NCBI GenBank assembly: GCA_963836185.1 | Contig: CAWIIQ010000001.1 | Coordinates: 1,600,001-1,664,000, forward strand | Direction: 5' to 3' | Source of the DNA: Candidatus Krumholzibacteriia bacterium | GTDB taxonomy: Bacteria > Krumholzibacteriota > Krumholzibacteriia > Krumholzibacteriales > Krumholzibacteriaceae | DNA: 64,000 nt | Shown here: positions 53,244-63,234 of the stretch, in pieces | Numbering within the stretch: position 1 is the stretch's first letter | Layout of the letters: each line of letters starts with the position of its first letter | The notes under the pieces: generated by a model | Told to the model about the DNA's origin: nothing | The model's input: the letters and a program-made list of their open reading frames with translations, nothing else | Databases searched by the model: none | Made by a program: the position numbers and the translations under genes

Positions 53244-55075
53244 TCATCGAATACTTCAAGTGCGAGCCTGTACCGGTTGAACGGCGCGCTTACCTGGACT
53301 CCGTTTACGATCGGCCTGATCCTCCGCAGTATATCCGAGGCTATCTCGACTCCGGCCTTCATCGACTCTTCTCCGCCGCCCGATGCTTCCATCCTCTTCA
53401 TCACACTGTCCGGCACCGATACGCCCGGCAGCTCGTTATTCATGAACTCGGCGTTTTTCAGGCTGGTAAGGGGCCAGATCCCGGCTATTACGGGGATTCG
53501 AAGAGATCTTGACTCGATATATTCCACAAACCTCTCAAGGAGGCCGGGATCGAACACGGGCTGGGTAATCGCGAATTCCGCCCCGGCATCGACTTTCCAG
53601 TAGAACCTGTTCATCTCCTCTTCAAAATCGACAGCGCCTGGATTGACCCCGACGCCAATAAGGAAGGAGGTCGGCTCATCAAGGCTGCGGTCCCCGATGT
53701 CGGCGCCCCTGTTGAGGTGATGGATGACGTTTGTAAGCCCTATCGAATCTATGTCGAACACAGCCGTCGCATCGGGATAATCGCCTGTCTTGATCGGATC
53801 ACCTGTTATCACGAGTATGTTTCTTAATCCGAGCGCGTGCGCTCCGAGTATATCCGACTGCATTCCGAGAATATTCCTGTCCCGGCAGCAATAATGGAGG
53901 ACCGTCTCTATCCCGGCGTCACGTTCGATAAGAACGGCCAGCGCCAGCGGGCTCATCCTGGACGAAGCCCGGGGGCTGTCCGGGATATTTATAGCGTCTA
54001 TCCCCGCCTCAGAGAGGAGTGCGGCCGCGTCAAGGACCTTTCTCGGATTTCCGCCGCGGGGAGGGACCATCTCGACGAGGCGCACGAATTCCCCATCTGC
54101 GATCTTCCGGGCGAGGGATGATTTTTCGGCCAGTGGAACTGCCCTGGAGATATCACTGTGTACCTTGTCAGTCTGTTGAGCATGCGCGGCGACTTTCATC
54201 GGCCTGACCGTCTTGAGGATATCGGAAATCGCCCTTATATGGGCGGGTGTCGTTCCGCAGCATCCCCCGATGATCCGGGCGCCGGCCTTTACGAATCGGC
54301 GGGCATATTCCGCCATATATTCAGGCGACGTCATGTAGATATTCCTGCCGTCGACACTCTGGGGGATTCCCGCGTTCGGCTGGGCCGATATCCATTTTTC
54401 GACATTGCCTGAGATCTTTTCTACAGCTTCCAGCATCACCCTGGGACCGACAGAGCAGTTTACTCCAAGAGCGTCGACATCCCACTTATCGAGACGTGAA
54501 GCGAATTCGGTCGGCTCGGTCCCGTAAAGGCCCAGGCCGTCATGCTGAAGTGTCATCTGGGCCACCACGGGGAGATCGCTTACCGACCGTATTCCGTTTA
54601 TCGCCCGGTGGATCTCGTTTAGATCGGCAAATGTCTCGAGGACGAATATGTCGATGCCGCCCTTGAGGAGTACAGCCGCCTGTTCAGCGAACGCGGCCTC
54701 AGCTTCTTCATTCGAAGTCGCCCCCCATGGCTCTATACGTATCCCGAGGGGGCCCATAGCGCCAGCCACGACGGCCCCGTTACCCGATGCGCGCCTCGCT
54801 ATCCGCGCGCCGGCCAGGTTGATCTCCTCGAGCTTTTCTTCGAGGCCGTACAGCGACAGCTTGAACCTGTTTGCTCCGAAGGTATTCGTCTCTATTACAC
54901 CAGCGCCTGCGTCGATATACTCCCTGTGGATCTCCTCTACAAGTCCGGGGTTGCTGAGATTTGTCTCGTCAAAGCATCTGTTTATGAATACGCCCCTGTC
55001 GTAGAGCATCGTGCCCATAGCTCCGTCAAACAGTACTACTCCCTCAGCAAGCATATCGAGAAACCTGGAACTCAT
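53231..55075 (-). CDS. yitJ: Bifunctional homocysteine S-methyltransferase/methylenetetrahydrofolate reductase
   Basis: DGAMGT, GVNC, GGCCGTTP; MTHFR half 'HYCCRDRN', 'ITQPVFD'. Confidence 0.93.
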   Translation of the reverse strand: MSSRFLDMLAEGVVLFDGAMGTMLYDRGVFINRCFDETNLSNPGLVEEIHREYIDAGAGVIETNTFGANRFKLSLYGLEEKLEEINLAGARIARRASGNGAVVAGAMGPLGIRIEPWGATSNEEAEAAFAEQAAVLLKGGIDIFVLETFADLNEIHRAINGIRSVSDLPVVAQMTLQHDGLGLYGTEPTEFASRLDKWDVDALGVNCSVGPRVMLEAVEKISGNVEKWISAQPNAGIPQSVDGRNIYMTSPEYMAEYARRFVKAGARIIGGCCGTTPAHIRAISDILKTVRPMKVAAHAQQTDKVHSDISRAVPLAEKSSLARKIADGEFVRLVEMVPPRGGNPRKVLDAAALLSEAGIDAINIPDSPRASSRMSPLALAVLIERDAGIETVLHYCCRDRNILGMQSDILGAHALGLRNILVITGDPIKTGDYPDATAVFDIDSIGLTNVIHHLNRGADIGDRSLDEPTSFLIGVGVNPGAVDFEEEMNRFYWKVDAGAEFAITQPVFDPGLLERFVEYIESRSLRIPVIAGIWPLTSLKNAEFMNNELPGVSVPDSVMKRMEASGGGEESMKAGVEIASDILRRIRPIVNGVQVSAPFNRYRLALEVFDDQKL

Positions 55076-55202
55076 CTTTAACAGCCTTTCACGTTTGCCA
55101 GTTCAACCTTGCATAGCCGCAACCGAACGTAGTATATACTCATTGCATGCAGAATCAATCGATTATAATCAGCCCTGAAGCCGGAGAGAAGAAAGAGGGA
55201 AA

Positions 55203-56909
55203 ATGCGCTGGTCCGATAGCCTGATACCGACACTAAAGGAAAATCCCAGGGAAGCGGAGATACCGAGCCACATGCTTATGCTGAGGGCCGGATTGATCAA
55301 GAAGCTCACATCCGGAGTCTACACATTCCTGCCCGTCGGACTCAGGGTTCTCAAGAAGATCGAACAGATAATACGCGAGGAAATGGACGAGGCTGGATGC
55401 CAGGAGCTGCTCATGCCGATACTCCACCCTGAGGAGATCTATGGCGAGAGCGGCAGACTGAAGAGTTTCGGCCCGGAACTTTTCAAGCTGAAGGACAGCA
55501 GGGAGAGAGTGTTCGCCCTCGGGCCGACGCACGAGGAAGTGATCACTATCATCGCCCGCGACGAGATGCGGAGTTACCGTGACCTGCCGCAGACACTGTA
55601 CCAGATACTCACCAAGTTCAGAGATGAGATCAGGCCGAGATATGGCGTGATGCGCGCCCGCGAATTCATCATGAAAGATGCCTACTCCTTCCACGCGGAC
55701 GACGAATGTCTCGACAGGACTTACAGGAGGATAGAGGCTGTCTACCGCAGGATCATAGAGAGGTGCGGCCTCGAATTCGCAATCGTGGAAGCAGAATCAG
55801 GATACATAGGCGGAAACGAATCCCACGAGTTCATGGTCCTCGCCGAAAACGGAGAGGACATGCTGCTCTCATGCGTGTGCGGCTATGCAGTAAACCTCGA
55901 GAAGGCCGCGGCGCGGGTAGCTGAGGGAAGCAGGGGAGAATCGCTGGACAAATACGAGGAGATCGATACTCCCGGGACCACTACCATAGAAGAGGTATCC
56001 CGGTTTCTCGAGGTCCCCGAGGAGGGGATCGTCAAGACACTCCTCTACAGAACGGGAGAGAAGAACGTCGCCGTACTGGTTCCAGGCGACAGGGAAGTCA
56101 ACGATATAAAACTCGCCCGCGTATTCGACGACCCTGAGATCCGCTTCCTCGAACCGGGAGAGATCGAGATCGTCACCGGCGGCCCTGTCGGATTCTCGGG
56201 CCCCGTCGGGCTCCCCGGGGATGTCGAGATCGTAGCGGATACCCTTATAGGGGACTTCGCCGGGATGGTAGTAGGAGCGAACAGAGCGGATACTCATCTC
56301 AAGGGTGTCGCCGCAGGCAGGGATTTCGAGATATCGAGATTCGACGACCTCGTCTACGCGCGCCAGGACGATCTCTGCCCGAGGTGCGGCAAGGGTCTTT
56401 CCTCAAGCCGTGGAATAGAAGTGGGGCATATCTTCAAACTAGGCACCAAGTACTCATCGGCGATGAACGCCACTTTCCAGGACGACAAGGGTGAGAGCCA
56501 CCCCTTTATCATGGGGTGCTACGGATTCGGTGTCAGCAGGATGGTCGCTGCCGCGATCGAACAGAACTTCGACAAGGACGGGATCGTATGGCCGATGTCG
56601 ATCGCGCCATTCCAGGTATTGCTGCTCCCGTTGAACACGAGCGATGAAGCAGTCATGGACGCCGCTCATGCCCTTGAGGAGAAACTGGCCGGAGCGGGCC
56701 TGGAAGTCCTGATGGATGACAGGGACCTCGGTCCGGGGGTAAAGTTCAAGGATGCGGACCTTACCGGCGTACCATTGAGGGTCACTATAGGCAGAAAGAT
56801 AAAGGACGGGATAGTCGAACTGTTTCACAGAAAAACAGGACAGGTCGATGACCTGACAGTCGACGACGCCGCCCTGAAAGTAATAGAAATAGCGGGGATC
56901 AGAGACTAG
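55203..56909 (+). CDS. proS: Proline--tRNA ligase
   Basis: LGPTHEE, KFRDEIRPR, REFIMKDAYSF, GIEVGHIFKLG, MGCYG. Confidence 0.97.
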   Translation: MRWSDSLIPTLKENPREAEIPSHMLMLRAGLIKKLTSGVYTFLPVGLRVLKKIEQIIREEMDEAGCQELLMPILHPEEIYGESGRLKSFGPELFKLKDSRERVFALGPTHEEVITIIARDEMRSYRDLPQTLYQILTKFRDEIRPRYGVMRAREFIMKDAYSFHADDECLDRTYRRIEAVYRRIIERCGLEFAIVEAESGYIGGNESHEFMVLAENGEDMLLSCVCGYAVNLEKAAARVAEGSRGESLDKYEEIDTPGTTTIEEVSRFLEVPEEGIVKTLLYRTGEKNVAVLVPGDREVNDIKLARVFDDPEIRFLEPGEIEIVTGGPVGFSGPVGLPGDVEIVADTLIGDFAGMVVGANRADTHLKGVAAGRDFEISRFDDLVYARQDDLCPRCGKGLSSSRGIEVGHIFKLGTKYSSAMNATFQDDKGESHPFIMGCYGFGVSRMVAAAIEQNFDKDGIVWPMSIAPFQVLLLPLNTSDEAVMDAAHALEEKLAGAGLEVLMDDRDLGPGVKFKDADLTGVPLRVTIGRKIKDGIVELFHRKTGQVDDLTVDDAALKVIEIAGIRD

Positions 56910-57151
56910 AGAGTCTGTCTGGAAAGCCTGGACTTGATACGCGCGGCGGTCCTGTGATGGATGATTCCCATCTTGGCTGACTTGTCGACCCTGGAAGCGA
57001 GGGCGGGAAAGCTCTCTTTCGCCACTGCGCTGTCATCGATGGCCTTGAAACCCTTGATCGCCTTACGGAGAAGACTCCTGTGCTTTTTGTTCATCAGGCG
57101 CCTCTTCTCGTTCTGGCGCATTCTTTTCCATGCGGACTTGTGATTCGGCAT
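56906..57151 (-). CDS. rpsT: 30S ribosomal protein S20
   Basis: MPNHKSAWKR...IIHHRTAARIKSRL. Confidence 0.95.
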   Translation of the reverse strand: MPNHKSAWKRMRQNEKRRLMNKKHRSLLRKAIKGFKAIDDSAVAKESFPALASRVDKSAKMGIIHHRTAARIKSRLSRQTL

Positions 57152-57200
57152 CCGGTATTCACCTCCAAGTGATGCGCTAACATAACGGAAGGCCCCTTCT

Positions 57201-59012
57201 TTGTCAAGTAGTCAGAGGAACAAAATACGCAAAAAGATAGAGCGGATGCCTGACTCTCCCGGGGTCTATTTCTTCAAGAACCTGAGGGGCCGGGTTATAT
57301 ATGTCGGGAAAGCGAGAAAACTCGTCAGCAGGGCACGCAGCTATATGCAGGACCCTGCCCGGCTGGATCCCAAGACCAGGGCGCTGATGGAGACAGCTGA
57401 CTCGGTCGATTATATCGCTACCGGAAACGAGATCGAGGCCCTCGTCCTCGAAGCCAGCATGATACGCGAGTACCGGCCGAAATACAATATCAGGCTGAAA
57501 GACGATAAACGTTATCCATATCTGAAGATAACGGCGAACGAGGAATTTCCGAGGCTACTGATCGTGCGAAGGGTCCTCGATGACGGCGGGGAGTACTTCG
57601 GCCCCTATACAGACGCCGGGGCAGTCAGGCGGACACTCAATGCCATAAAGACGATATTCCCCCTTCGTGACTGCAAGGGGCCATTCAGGAAAAGGAAGCG
57701 TGAGTGTCTCAACTTCCAGATAGGTAGGTGCCTCGGTCCCTGCACGGGAAGAACGGGGCAGACGGAGTATGCTGGCGTCGTAAGGCAGCTGCGGATGTTT
57801 CTCCGGGGTCACAACGAGGCGCTGCTGGAAGAGCTGCGAGCTTCGATGCAGGCACTTTCCGCGGTAAAACGGTACGAGGGAGCCTCTGTGATCAGGGACC
57901 AGATCGCCTCGATAGTGAAGATAAGCGAGAGACAGCATGCGGTAGACCCGGGCGGATCGGACGAGGATGCCGTTGCGATCGCCAGGGAAGGTGGAAATGC
58001 CTGCGGTGTCGTCATGAGGGTGCGTGAAGGGAGAATCATCAGCTCCGAAGCCTTTATGATGCCTGTGGTTCCAACAGATGATATTGCCGAATCTTACGAA
58101 GAATTCTTCAAGTTGTACTATAATAGCTCACTTGATATACCCCCCGGTATCCTGATCCAGTATCAGCTGCCGGATGGAGACCTTATAGCCAGATGGTTGA
58201 AAATGAGGACCGGGAGGAGCGTATCCATATCTGTTCCGAAGCGCGGTCACCGCACAAGGCTGGTCGGCCTGGCCGAGAAGAATGCCGCATCCAGGCTCAT
58301 CACACTTCGAGGAAGGAAAGCTTCGGCTAACAGGGAGCTGGGGGAGCTGAAAAAGGCTCTTGGCCTTGCCTCGACACCGTCCCGTATCGAGGCTTTCGAT
58401 ATATCGAATGTGCAGGGTACTGGAGCCGTGGGTTCGATGGTGACATTCGTTGATGGCAAACCCCTTAAATCGGGGTACCGGCACTTCAGGATAAGGAGTG
58501 TCGAGGGGCAGGATGATTTCGCGATGATGAAGGAGGTACTGGGCCGAAGGCTTGAACGGATGAAGGACGGCAAGACGAGGCGCCCCGACCTGATACTCGT
58601 AGACGGCGGTATGGGACAGGTCTCTTCCGCGATAGAGGCGATGGAAGCGAGCCGTGTCTCGCCGATACCTGTCATCGGCCTCGCCAAAAAGAACGAGGAG
58701 ATATTTGTTCCGGGGCGGAAGGATCCCGTCGTCCTCTCGAGAAGAAATCCCGGCCTCAAGCTTCTTCAGAAGGCTCGTGATGAGGCTCACAGGTTCGCCG
58801 TAGAGTACCACCGGAAGCTGCGGAGCAGAGGGCTCGTCGAATCGGAGATCGACGCGATACCCGGAGTCGGCGAATACAGGAAGATGCAGCTGCTGGTCCG
58901 TTTCGGAAGCCTGGCCGGGCTGAGAAAGGCCACGGAAGAAGAAATCGCCACAGTGCCGGGTATAGGCCGGGCTGTTGCGGGAAAGATCTATGAGCACATC
59001 CACGGAAACTAA
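57201..59012 (+). CDS. uvrC: Excinuclease ABC subunit C
   Basis: GVY...YVGKA GIY-YIG, FDISN, DGG.GQ, RDEAHRFA, HhH. Confidence 0.96.
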   Translation: MSSSQRNKIRKKIERMPDSPGVYFFKNLRGRVIYVGKARKLVSRARSYMQDPARLDPKTRALMETADSVDYIATGNEIEALVLEASMIREYRPKYNIRLKDDKRYPYLKITANEEFPRLLIVRRVLDDGGEYFGPYTDAGAVRRTLNAIKTIFPLRDCKGPFRKRKRECLNFQIGRCLGPCTGRTGQTEYAGVVRQLRMFLRGHNEALLEELRASMQALSAVKRYEGASVIRDQIASIVKISERQHAVDPGGSDEDAVAIAREGGNACGVVMRVREGRIISSEAFMMPVVPTDDIAESYEEFFKLYYNSSLDIPPGILIQYQLPDGDLIARWLKMRTGRSVSISVPKRGHRTRLVGLAEKNAASRLITLRGRKASANRELGELKKALGLASTPSRIEAFDISNVQGTGAVGSMVTFVDGKPLKSGYRHFRIRSVEGQDDFAMMKEVLGRRLERMKDGKTRRPDLILVDGGMGQVSSAIEAMEASRVSPIPVIGLAKKNEEIFVPGRKDPVVLSRRNPGLKLLQKARDEAHRFAVEYHRKLRSRGLVESEIDAIPGVGEYRKMQLLVRFGSLAGLRKATEEEIATVPGIGRAVAGKIYEHIHGN

Positions 59013-59907
59013 CGGCCAGGGGCTGTTCGCGATGCTGGGAGAGGCATACATCGATCACCTCGCCGTAGAAAAGGGCCTCAGCCCCCTTACGATAGATGCC
59101 TACAGAAGCGACCTGCGGGAATATTTCAAATGGCTCAAGGCTGCTGGCATCGAATCGCCGGAAAAGATAGATCTAGATTCGAGCCTTCGTTTCACCGCCG
59201 GTCTCGAGAAGGAAAAGAGCCGTTCCTCGAGATCGCGGCTCCTCAGCGCCGTAAAGGGATTCCACAGATACCTCTATCGCGAAGGCGAACTGCCTGACCT
59301 CGATATTACGTCCATATCATCTCCCCGGATAAGGAGGCACGTCCCCTTTGTCCTCTCTCAGGAAGAGACCGCGGCGCTTCTCGGCCAGCCTGACGAGTCA
59401 GGTGCGGGCCTTCGGGACAGGGCCATGCTGGAGATAGCGTACTCGACAGGGATGAGAGTCTCTGAGGTCTGCGGGCTGCGCTTCGAATCTCTCGACCTCG
59501 AATCGAGGCTTGTGCGCATAAGGGGCAAGGGGGGCAGGGAGAGGATAGTGCCTGTAGGGTCGCATGCCATGAGGTCACTCGAGAGATATACATCTGAATC
59601 AAGGCCCGGGTTCCTCTCTGATCCCACGGTGCCCTTTGTATTTCTCAACTATAGAGGCGGGCCTCTGTCGAGAGTCAGCTTCTGGAAGCTCCTGAAGAAA
59701 TATGCCGCTATGGCCGGTCTTCCTGCCGATGTAACGCCCCATACCCTCCGTCATTCCTTCGCGACCCACCTGATAGAGGGAGGCGCCGACCTCAGGGCCG
59801 TGCAGGAACTGCTCGGTCATTCGAGCATAGCAACGACCCAGATCTATACGAGTCTCGATGTCGATTATCTCCTCGAGGTCCACCGGACATTTCACCCCAG
59901 GGGGTGA
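58990..59907 (+). CDS. xerD: Tyrosine recombinase XerD
   Basis: YSTGMRVSE, GKGGRER, TPHTLRHSFATH, TQIYT, FHPR. Confidence 0.92.
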   Translation: MSTSTETNGQGLFAMLGEAYIDHLAVEKGLSPLTIDAYRSDLREYFKWLKAAGIESPEKIDLDSSLRFTAGLEKEKSRSSRSRLLSAVKGFHRYLYREGELPDLDITSISSPRIRRHVPFVLSQEETAALLGQPDESGAGLRDRAMLEIAYSTGMRVSEVCGLRFESLDLESRLVRIRGKGGRERIVPVGSHAMRSLERYTSESRPGFLSDPTVPFVFLNYRGGPLSRVSFWKLLKKYAAMAGLPADVTPHTLRHSFATHLIEGGADLRAVQELLGHSSIATTQIYTSLDVDYLLEVHRTFHPRG

Positions 59908-60014
59908 TATCTTGTTGACACAAGCCCGTGTATCACTTAGCATTCCGTTTGGTTTGCATCATCCGGAGAAGCCTCCGGATCAGACAGGGGCGACCGACTG
60001 GAAACGGACCATCC

Positions 60015-60770
60015 ATGAGCTATCACGTACGCTTGACACATTTTGAAGGCCCCCTCGATCTGCTTATGCATCTTATCCGCAGGGACAAGATAGATGTGCA
60101 GGACATACCGATATCCCATATAACGAAAGAATATCTATCCTACATCGAGATAATGCAGGAACTGCGGCTCGAGGTGGCCGGAGAGTTCTTCGTCATGGCC
60201 GCCACCCTCATGAGAATAAAGGCCCAGATGCTCCTTCCGCGGAGGCAGGAAGAGGAGGAAGAAGAGGATCCGAGGGAAGAGCTTGTCAGAAACCTCCTCG
60301 AGTACAGAAAATTCAAGGAAGCGGCCAGCCACTTCGCTGAAAAGGAAGATGACAGAAGGAAGGTCTTTACCAGACCCGCGGCCAGACAGCCTGAAGGAGG
60401 GCAGGAACCTTCGCTCATGGAAGTCTCCATCTTCGACCTGGTTGATGCATTCAAAAAGGTCATGGATGACCTGAAGAAGCAGATAAGTTACAGGGTCGAG
60501 AAAGAATCCCATACTGTCGAAGAGAAGATCGACCATATACGCGGCAAGGTGGACACCAGCTCGGAAGTCCTGTTCACAGAACTTTTTTCCGGCGAGACCG
60601 ACAGGCTGGAGATCATCGTGACATTTCTTGCCATCCTCGAGATGGTAAAACTCGGTGAACTCTCAGCCAGGCAGATGAAGGCTGGAGGTGACGTCTGGCT
60701 CTACAGGCCGGGCGGCGCGCCGAATGAAGGACCGAAGGAGATACCCGATGGAGTCAGGGAAAAAGGTTGA
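60015..60770 (+). CDS. scpA: Segregation and condensation protein A
   Basis: FEGPLDLL, AATLMRIK, FLAILEM. Confidence 0.95.
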   Translation: MSYHVRLTHFEGPLDLLMHLIRRDKIDVQDIPISHITKEYLSYIEIMQELRLEVAGEFFVMAATLMRIKAQMLLPRRQEEEEEEDPREELVRNLLEYRKFKEAASHFAEKEDDRRKVFTRPAARQPEGGQEPSLMEVSIFDLVDAFKKVMDDLKKQISYRVEKESHTVEEKIDHIRGKVDTSSEVLFTELFSGETDRLEIIVTFLAILEMVKLGELSARQMKAGGDVWLYRPGGAPNEGPKEIPDGVREKG

Positions 60771-61380
60771 GCCCGGCAGGCTTGCCTCGGAAATAGAAGC
60801 GGTCCTCTTTGCATCCGATGCCCCGATAAGCATCAGCAGGCTTTCCGCTATAACCGGTGAGACCTCCGTAAAAACGATAAAGGAAACTGTGGCGGAACTC
60901 GAGGAGTTCTACCGATCATGCGACAGGAGCTTCGGGATCGTCGAGGTCGCGGGCGGGTTCCAGATAGCTACTCTGCCGGAATACGCTTCGACAGTATCAC
61001 TTCTCTTTAAGAGCAGGCGAAAGGCGAGGCTCTCGCAGGCCGCGCTCGAGACCCTGGCGATCATAGCGTACAGGCAGCCGATCAGCAGGATGGGAGTCGA
61101 AGCCATAAGGGGCGTGAATTGTGACGGGGTCCTCTCGACTTTGGTCGACAGGGAACTGATCGTTATCAGCGGCCGCGGAGAAGGACTGGGAAGGCCCTTC
61201 CTTTTTTCGACCACATCAAGGTTCCTCGAGTACCTGGGCCTTAAGGACATCAGGGATATTCCTGAGATGGAAGAACTCGAGAAAAGCCTGGAATCTATAG
61301 ATCTAATACCACCGCCGGAGTCACAGGAAGAAGCCGGGGATCAAGCCGAAGAAGAAGACCACGGGACTGATGAGTCCTAG
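60748..61380 (+). CDS. scpB: Segregation and condensation protein B
   Basis: LETLAIIAYRQP, IRGV, GRP..F.TT..FL. Confidence 0.95.
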   Translation: MESGKKVEPGRLASEIEAVLFASDAPISISRLSAITGETSVKTIKETVAELEEFYRSCDRSFGIVEVAGGFQIATLPEYASTVSLLFKSRRKARLSQAALETLAIIAYRQPISRMGVEAIRGVNCDGVLSTLVDRELIVISGRGEGLGRPFLFSTTSRFLEYLGLKDIRDIPEMEELEKSLESIDLIPPPESQEEAGDQAEEEDHGTDES

Positions 61381-62107
61381 AATGAGGATCAACCGTTTCC
61401 TCGCCTCCGCGGGGATCGGATCTCGAAGAAAATGCGAGAATGTGATCAGGGAGGGGAGAGTTCAGATAAACGGCGAGGCTATCTCTGAACTTGCCAGGTT
61501 CATCGATACTGAGACAGACAGTGTGACCGTTGACGGCAAAACTGTCGAAGCGCTCAGAGACAGGATGATCCTGGTGATCGACAAGCCTTCCGGGGTCCTC
61601 AGCACTGTAAGCGACGATCGTGGAAGAAAGACCGTTATCGATCTGGCCCGGGAGACGGGATACGGAGACAGGCTCTTTCCGGTCGGACGGCTGGACATGG
61701 ACACCACCGGCCTGCTTCTTTTGACGAACGATGGCGATCTTGCATACAGGCTGACACATCCCCGGTACAAGATAGAGAAGAGATACCTCGTAACCGTTGA
61801 GGGCTTTATCGACGATGGGAGTGTGGGATCGATCGGATCCGGAGTCGACCTGGAAGATTATGTGACGATGCCATGTGAAGTTCGCGTGATCGAGCGATCG
61901 AGAGATACATCACAACTCGAAATACGGCTTAAAGAGGGTAAGAAAAGACAGATCAGGAGGATGTTAGCGGAATCTGGACACAAGGTTTTAAAACTGAGGA
62001 GAGTCGCTCTCGGTGACCTGGAGTTCGACGATCTTGAGGCGGGTGACATCCGCCCGCTTACCGCTGAAGAGGAATCAAGGCTGAAGGAATTAACAGGACT
62101 GTTGTGA
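61370..62107 (+). CDS. rluB: Pseudouridine synthase (RluB/RsuA family)
   Basis: S4 domain, PVGRLDMDTTGLLLLTNDG. Confidence 0.9.
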   Translation: MSPRMRINRFLASAGIGSRRKCENVIREGRVQINGEAISELARFIDTETDSVTVDGKTVEALRDRMILVIDKPSGVLSTVSDDRGRKTVIDLARETGYGDRLFPVGRLDMDTTGLLLLTNDGDLAYRLTHPRYKIEKRYLVTVEGFIDDGSVGSIGSGVDLEDYVTMPCEVRVIERSRDTSQLEIRLKEGKKRQIRRMLAESGHKVLKLRRVALGDLEFDDLEAGDIRPLTAEEESRLKELTGLL

Positions 62108-62120
62108 AGGAGAGTACCGG

Positions 62121-63230
62121 ATGGATTTCAAGAAACTGATGCAGCCTCATCTCAAGAATGTCAAGCCTTACGTGCCTGGCAAGCCGATCGAGGAACTGCG
62201 CAGGGAACGTAATATCGAAGGTGAGATCATCAAGCTCGCCTCGAACGAGAATCCGTATCAGCCTCTCGAAGAGATAAAGCGGATGATCATCGAGGAACTC
62301 GACAACATCAACAGATATCCCAACTCCGGCAGCCATTATCTTTCTCTCGAGCTCTCTGAAAAACACGGCCTCGGTCAGGACCAGATATTCGTCGGTAATG
62401 GCTCTAACGAGATCATCGATCTTCTCGTACGAGCCTTCGTGCGGCTCGATGAGGATGTCTTGTATCCCTTCCCCAGTTTCATCGCCTATCCTCTGATCAT
62501 CCATCAGATGGGAGTGGGGGAGGTAAAGGTACCGCTCGTAGATTATACGCTCGACCTTGACGCTATGAAGAACGCTGTTACAAGCAAGACAAAGATGGTG
62601 TTCATCTGCAATCCCAACAATCCGACAGGAACGTACGTGCCGGAAAATGATGTGATCAATTTCCTGAAAGGGATCAGAAAAGATATAATCGTCGTCTTCG
62701 ACGAAGCGTATTTCGAGTACGTAACCGCGGACGACTATCCCGATTCCAGAAAGCTCCTCGACAGATTCAGGAACATTGTCATACTGAGGACTTTCTCCAA
62801 GGCCCACTCACTGTCCGGGGTCAGGATCGGGTACGCGATGGCTGACCCGGAAGTCGTGACGATCCTTCACATGGTAAGGCAGCCGTTCAACGTCAACAGA
62901 CTCGCGCAGGCAGCCGCGAGAGCCGCACTCAGACACTCCGGGATTCTCGCGGACAGGATCGCTGAGAACAATTCAGAAAGAACAAGGGTGGCCATGGAAA
63001 TGCGGGCGCTCGGATTCTCCGTGCCCGACTCCCAGACGAACTTTCTGCTTGCCGTACCTGAAGGGCCTGACAGCGATATCGTAGACAGATTGATGGACCT
63101 CGGGATAATTGTCAGGAGCGGAGCTCCCTGGGGGCTGGGAGCAGAATCGTTCCGTGTGTCGATCGGGACCCCGGCCGAGAACGACAGGTTCCTGGAAGGT
63201 CTCCGGCAGGTCCTCAAGCAGGAACGATAG
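62121..63230 (+). CDS. hisC: Histidinol-phosphate aminotransferase
   Basis: KLASNEN, NPNNPTG, DEAY, RTFSKA. Confidence 0.93.
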   Translation: MDFKKLMQPHLKNVKPYVPGKPIEELRRERNIEGEIIKLASNENPYQPLEEIKRMIIEELDNINRYPNSGSHYLSLELSEKHGLGQDQIFVGNGSNEIIDLLVRAFVRLDEDVLYPFPSFIAYPLIIHQMGVGEVKVPLVDYTLDLDAMKNAVTSKTKMVFICNPNNPTGTYVPENDVINFLKGIRKDIIVVFDEAYFEYVTADDYPDSRKLLDRFRNIVILRTFSKAHSLSGVRIGYAMADPEVVTILHMVRQPFNVNRLAQAAARAALRHSGILADRIAENNSERTRVAMEMRALGFSVPDSQTNFLLAVPEGPDSDIVDRLMDLGIIVRSGAPWGLGAESFRVSIGTPAENDRFLEGLRQVLKQER

Positions 63231-63234
63231 ATCC

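Noticed and set aside
44659-59907. XerC/XerD as the recombinase of the tRNA cassette array
   Set aside because: Both lie in housekeeping synteny, have no arm-binding N-terminal domain, and no dif-like site was seen in the repeats.
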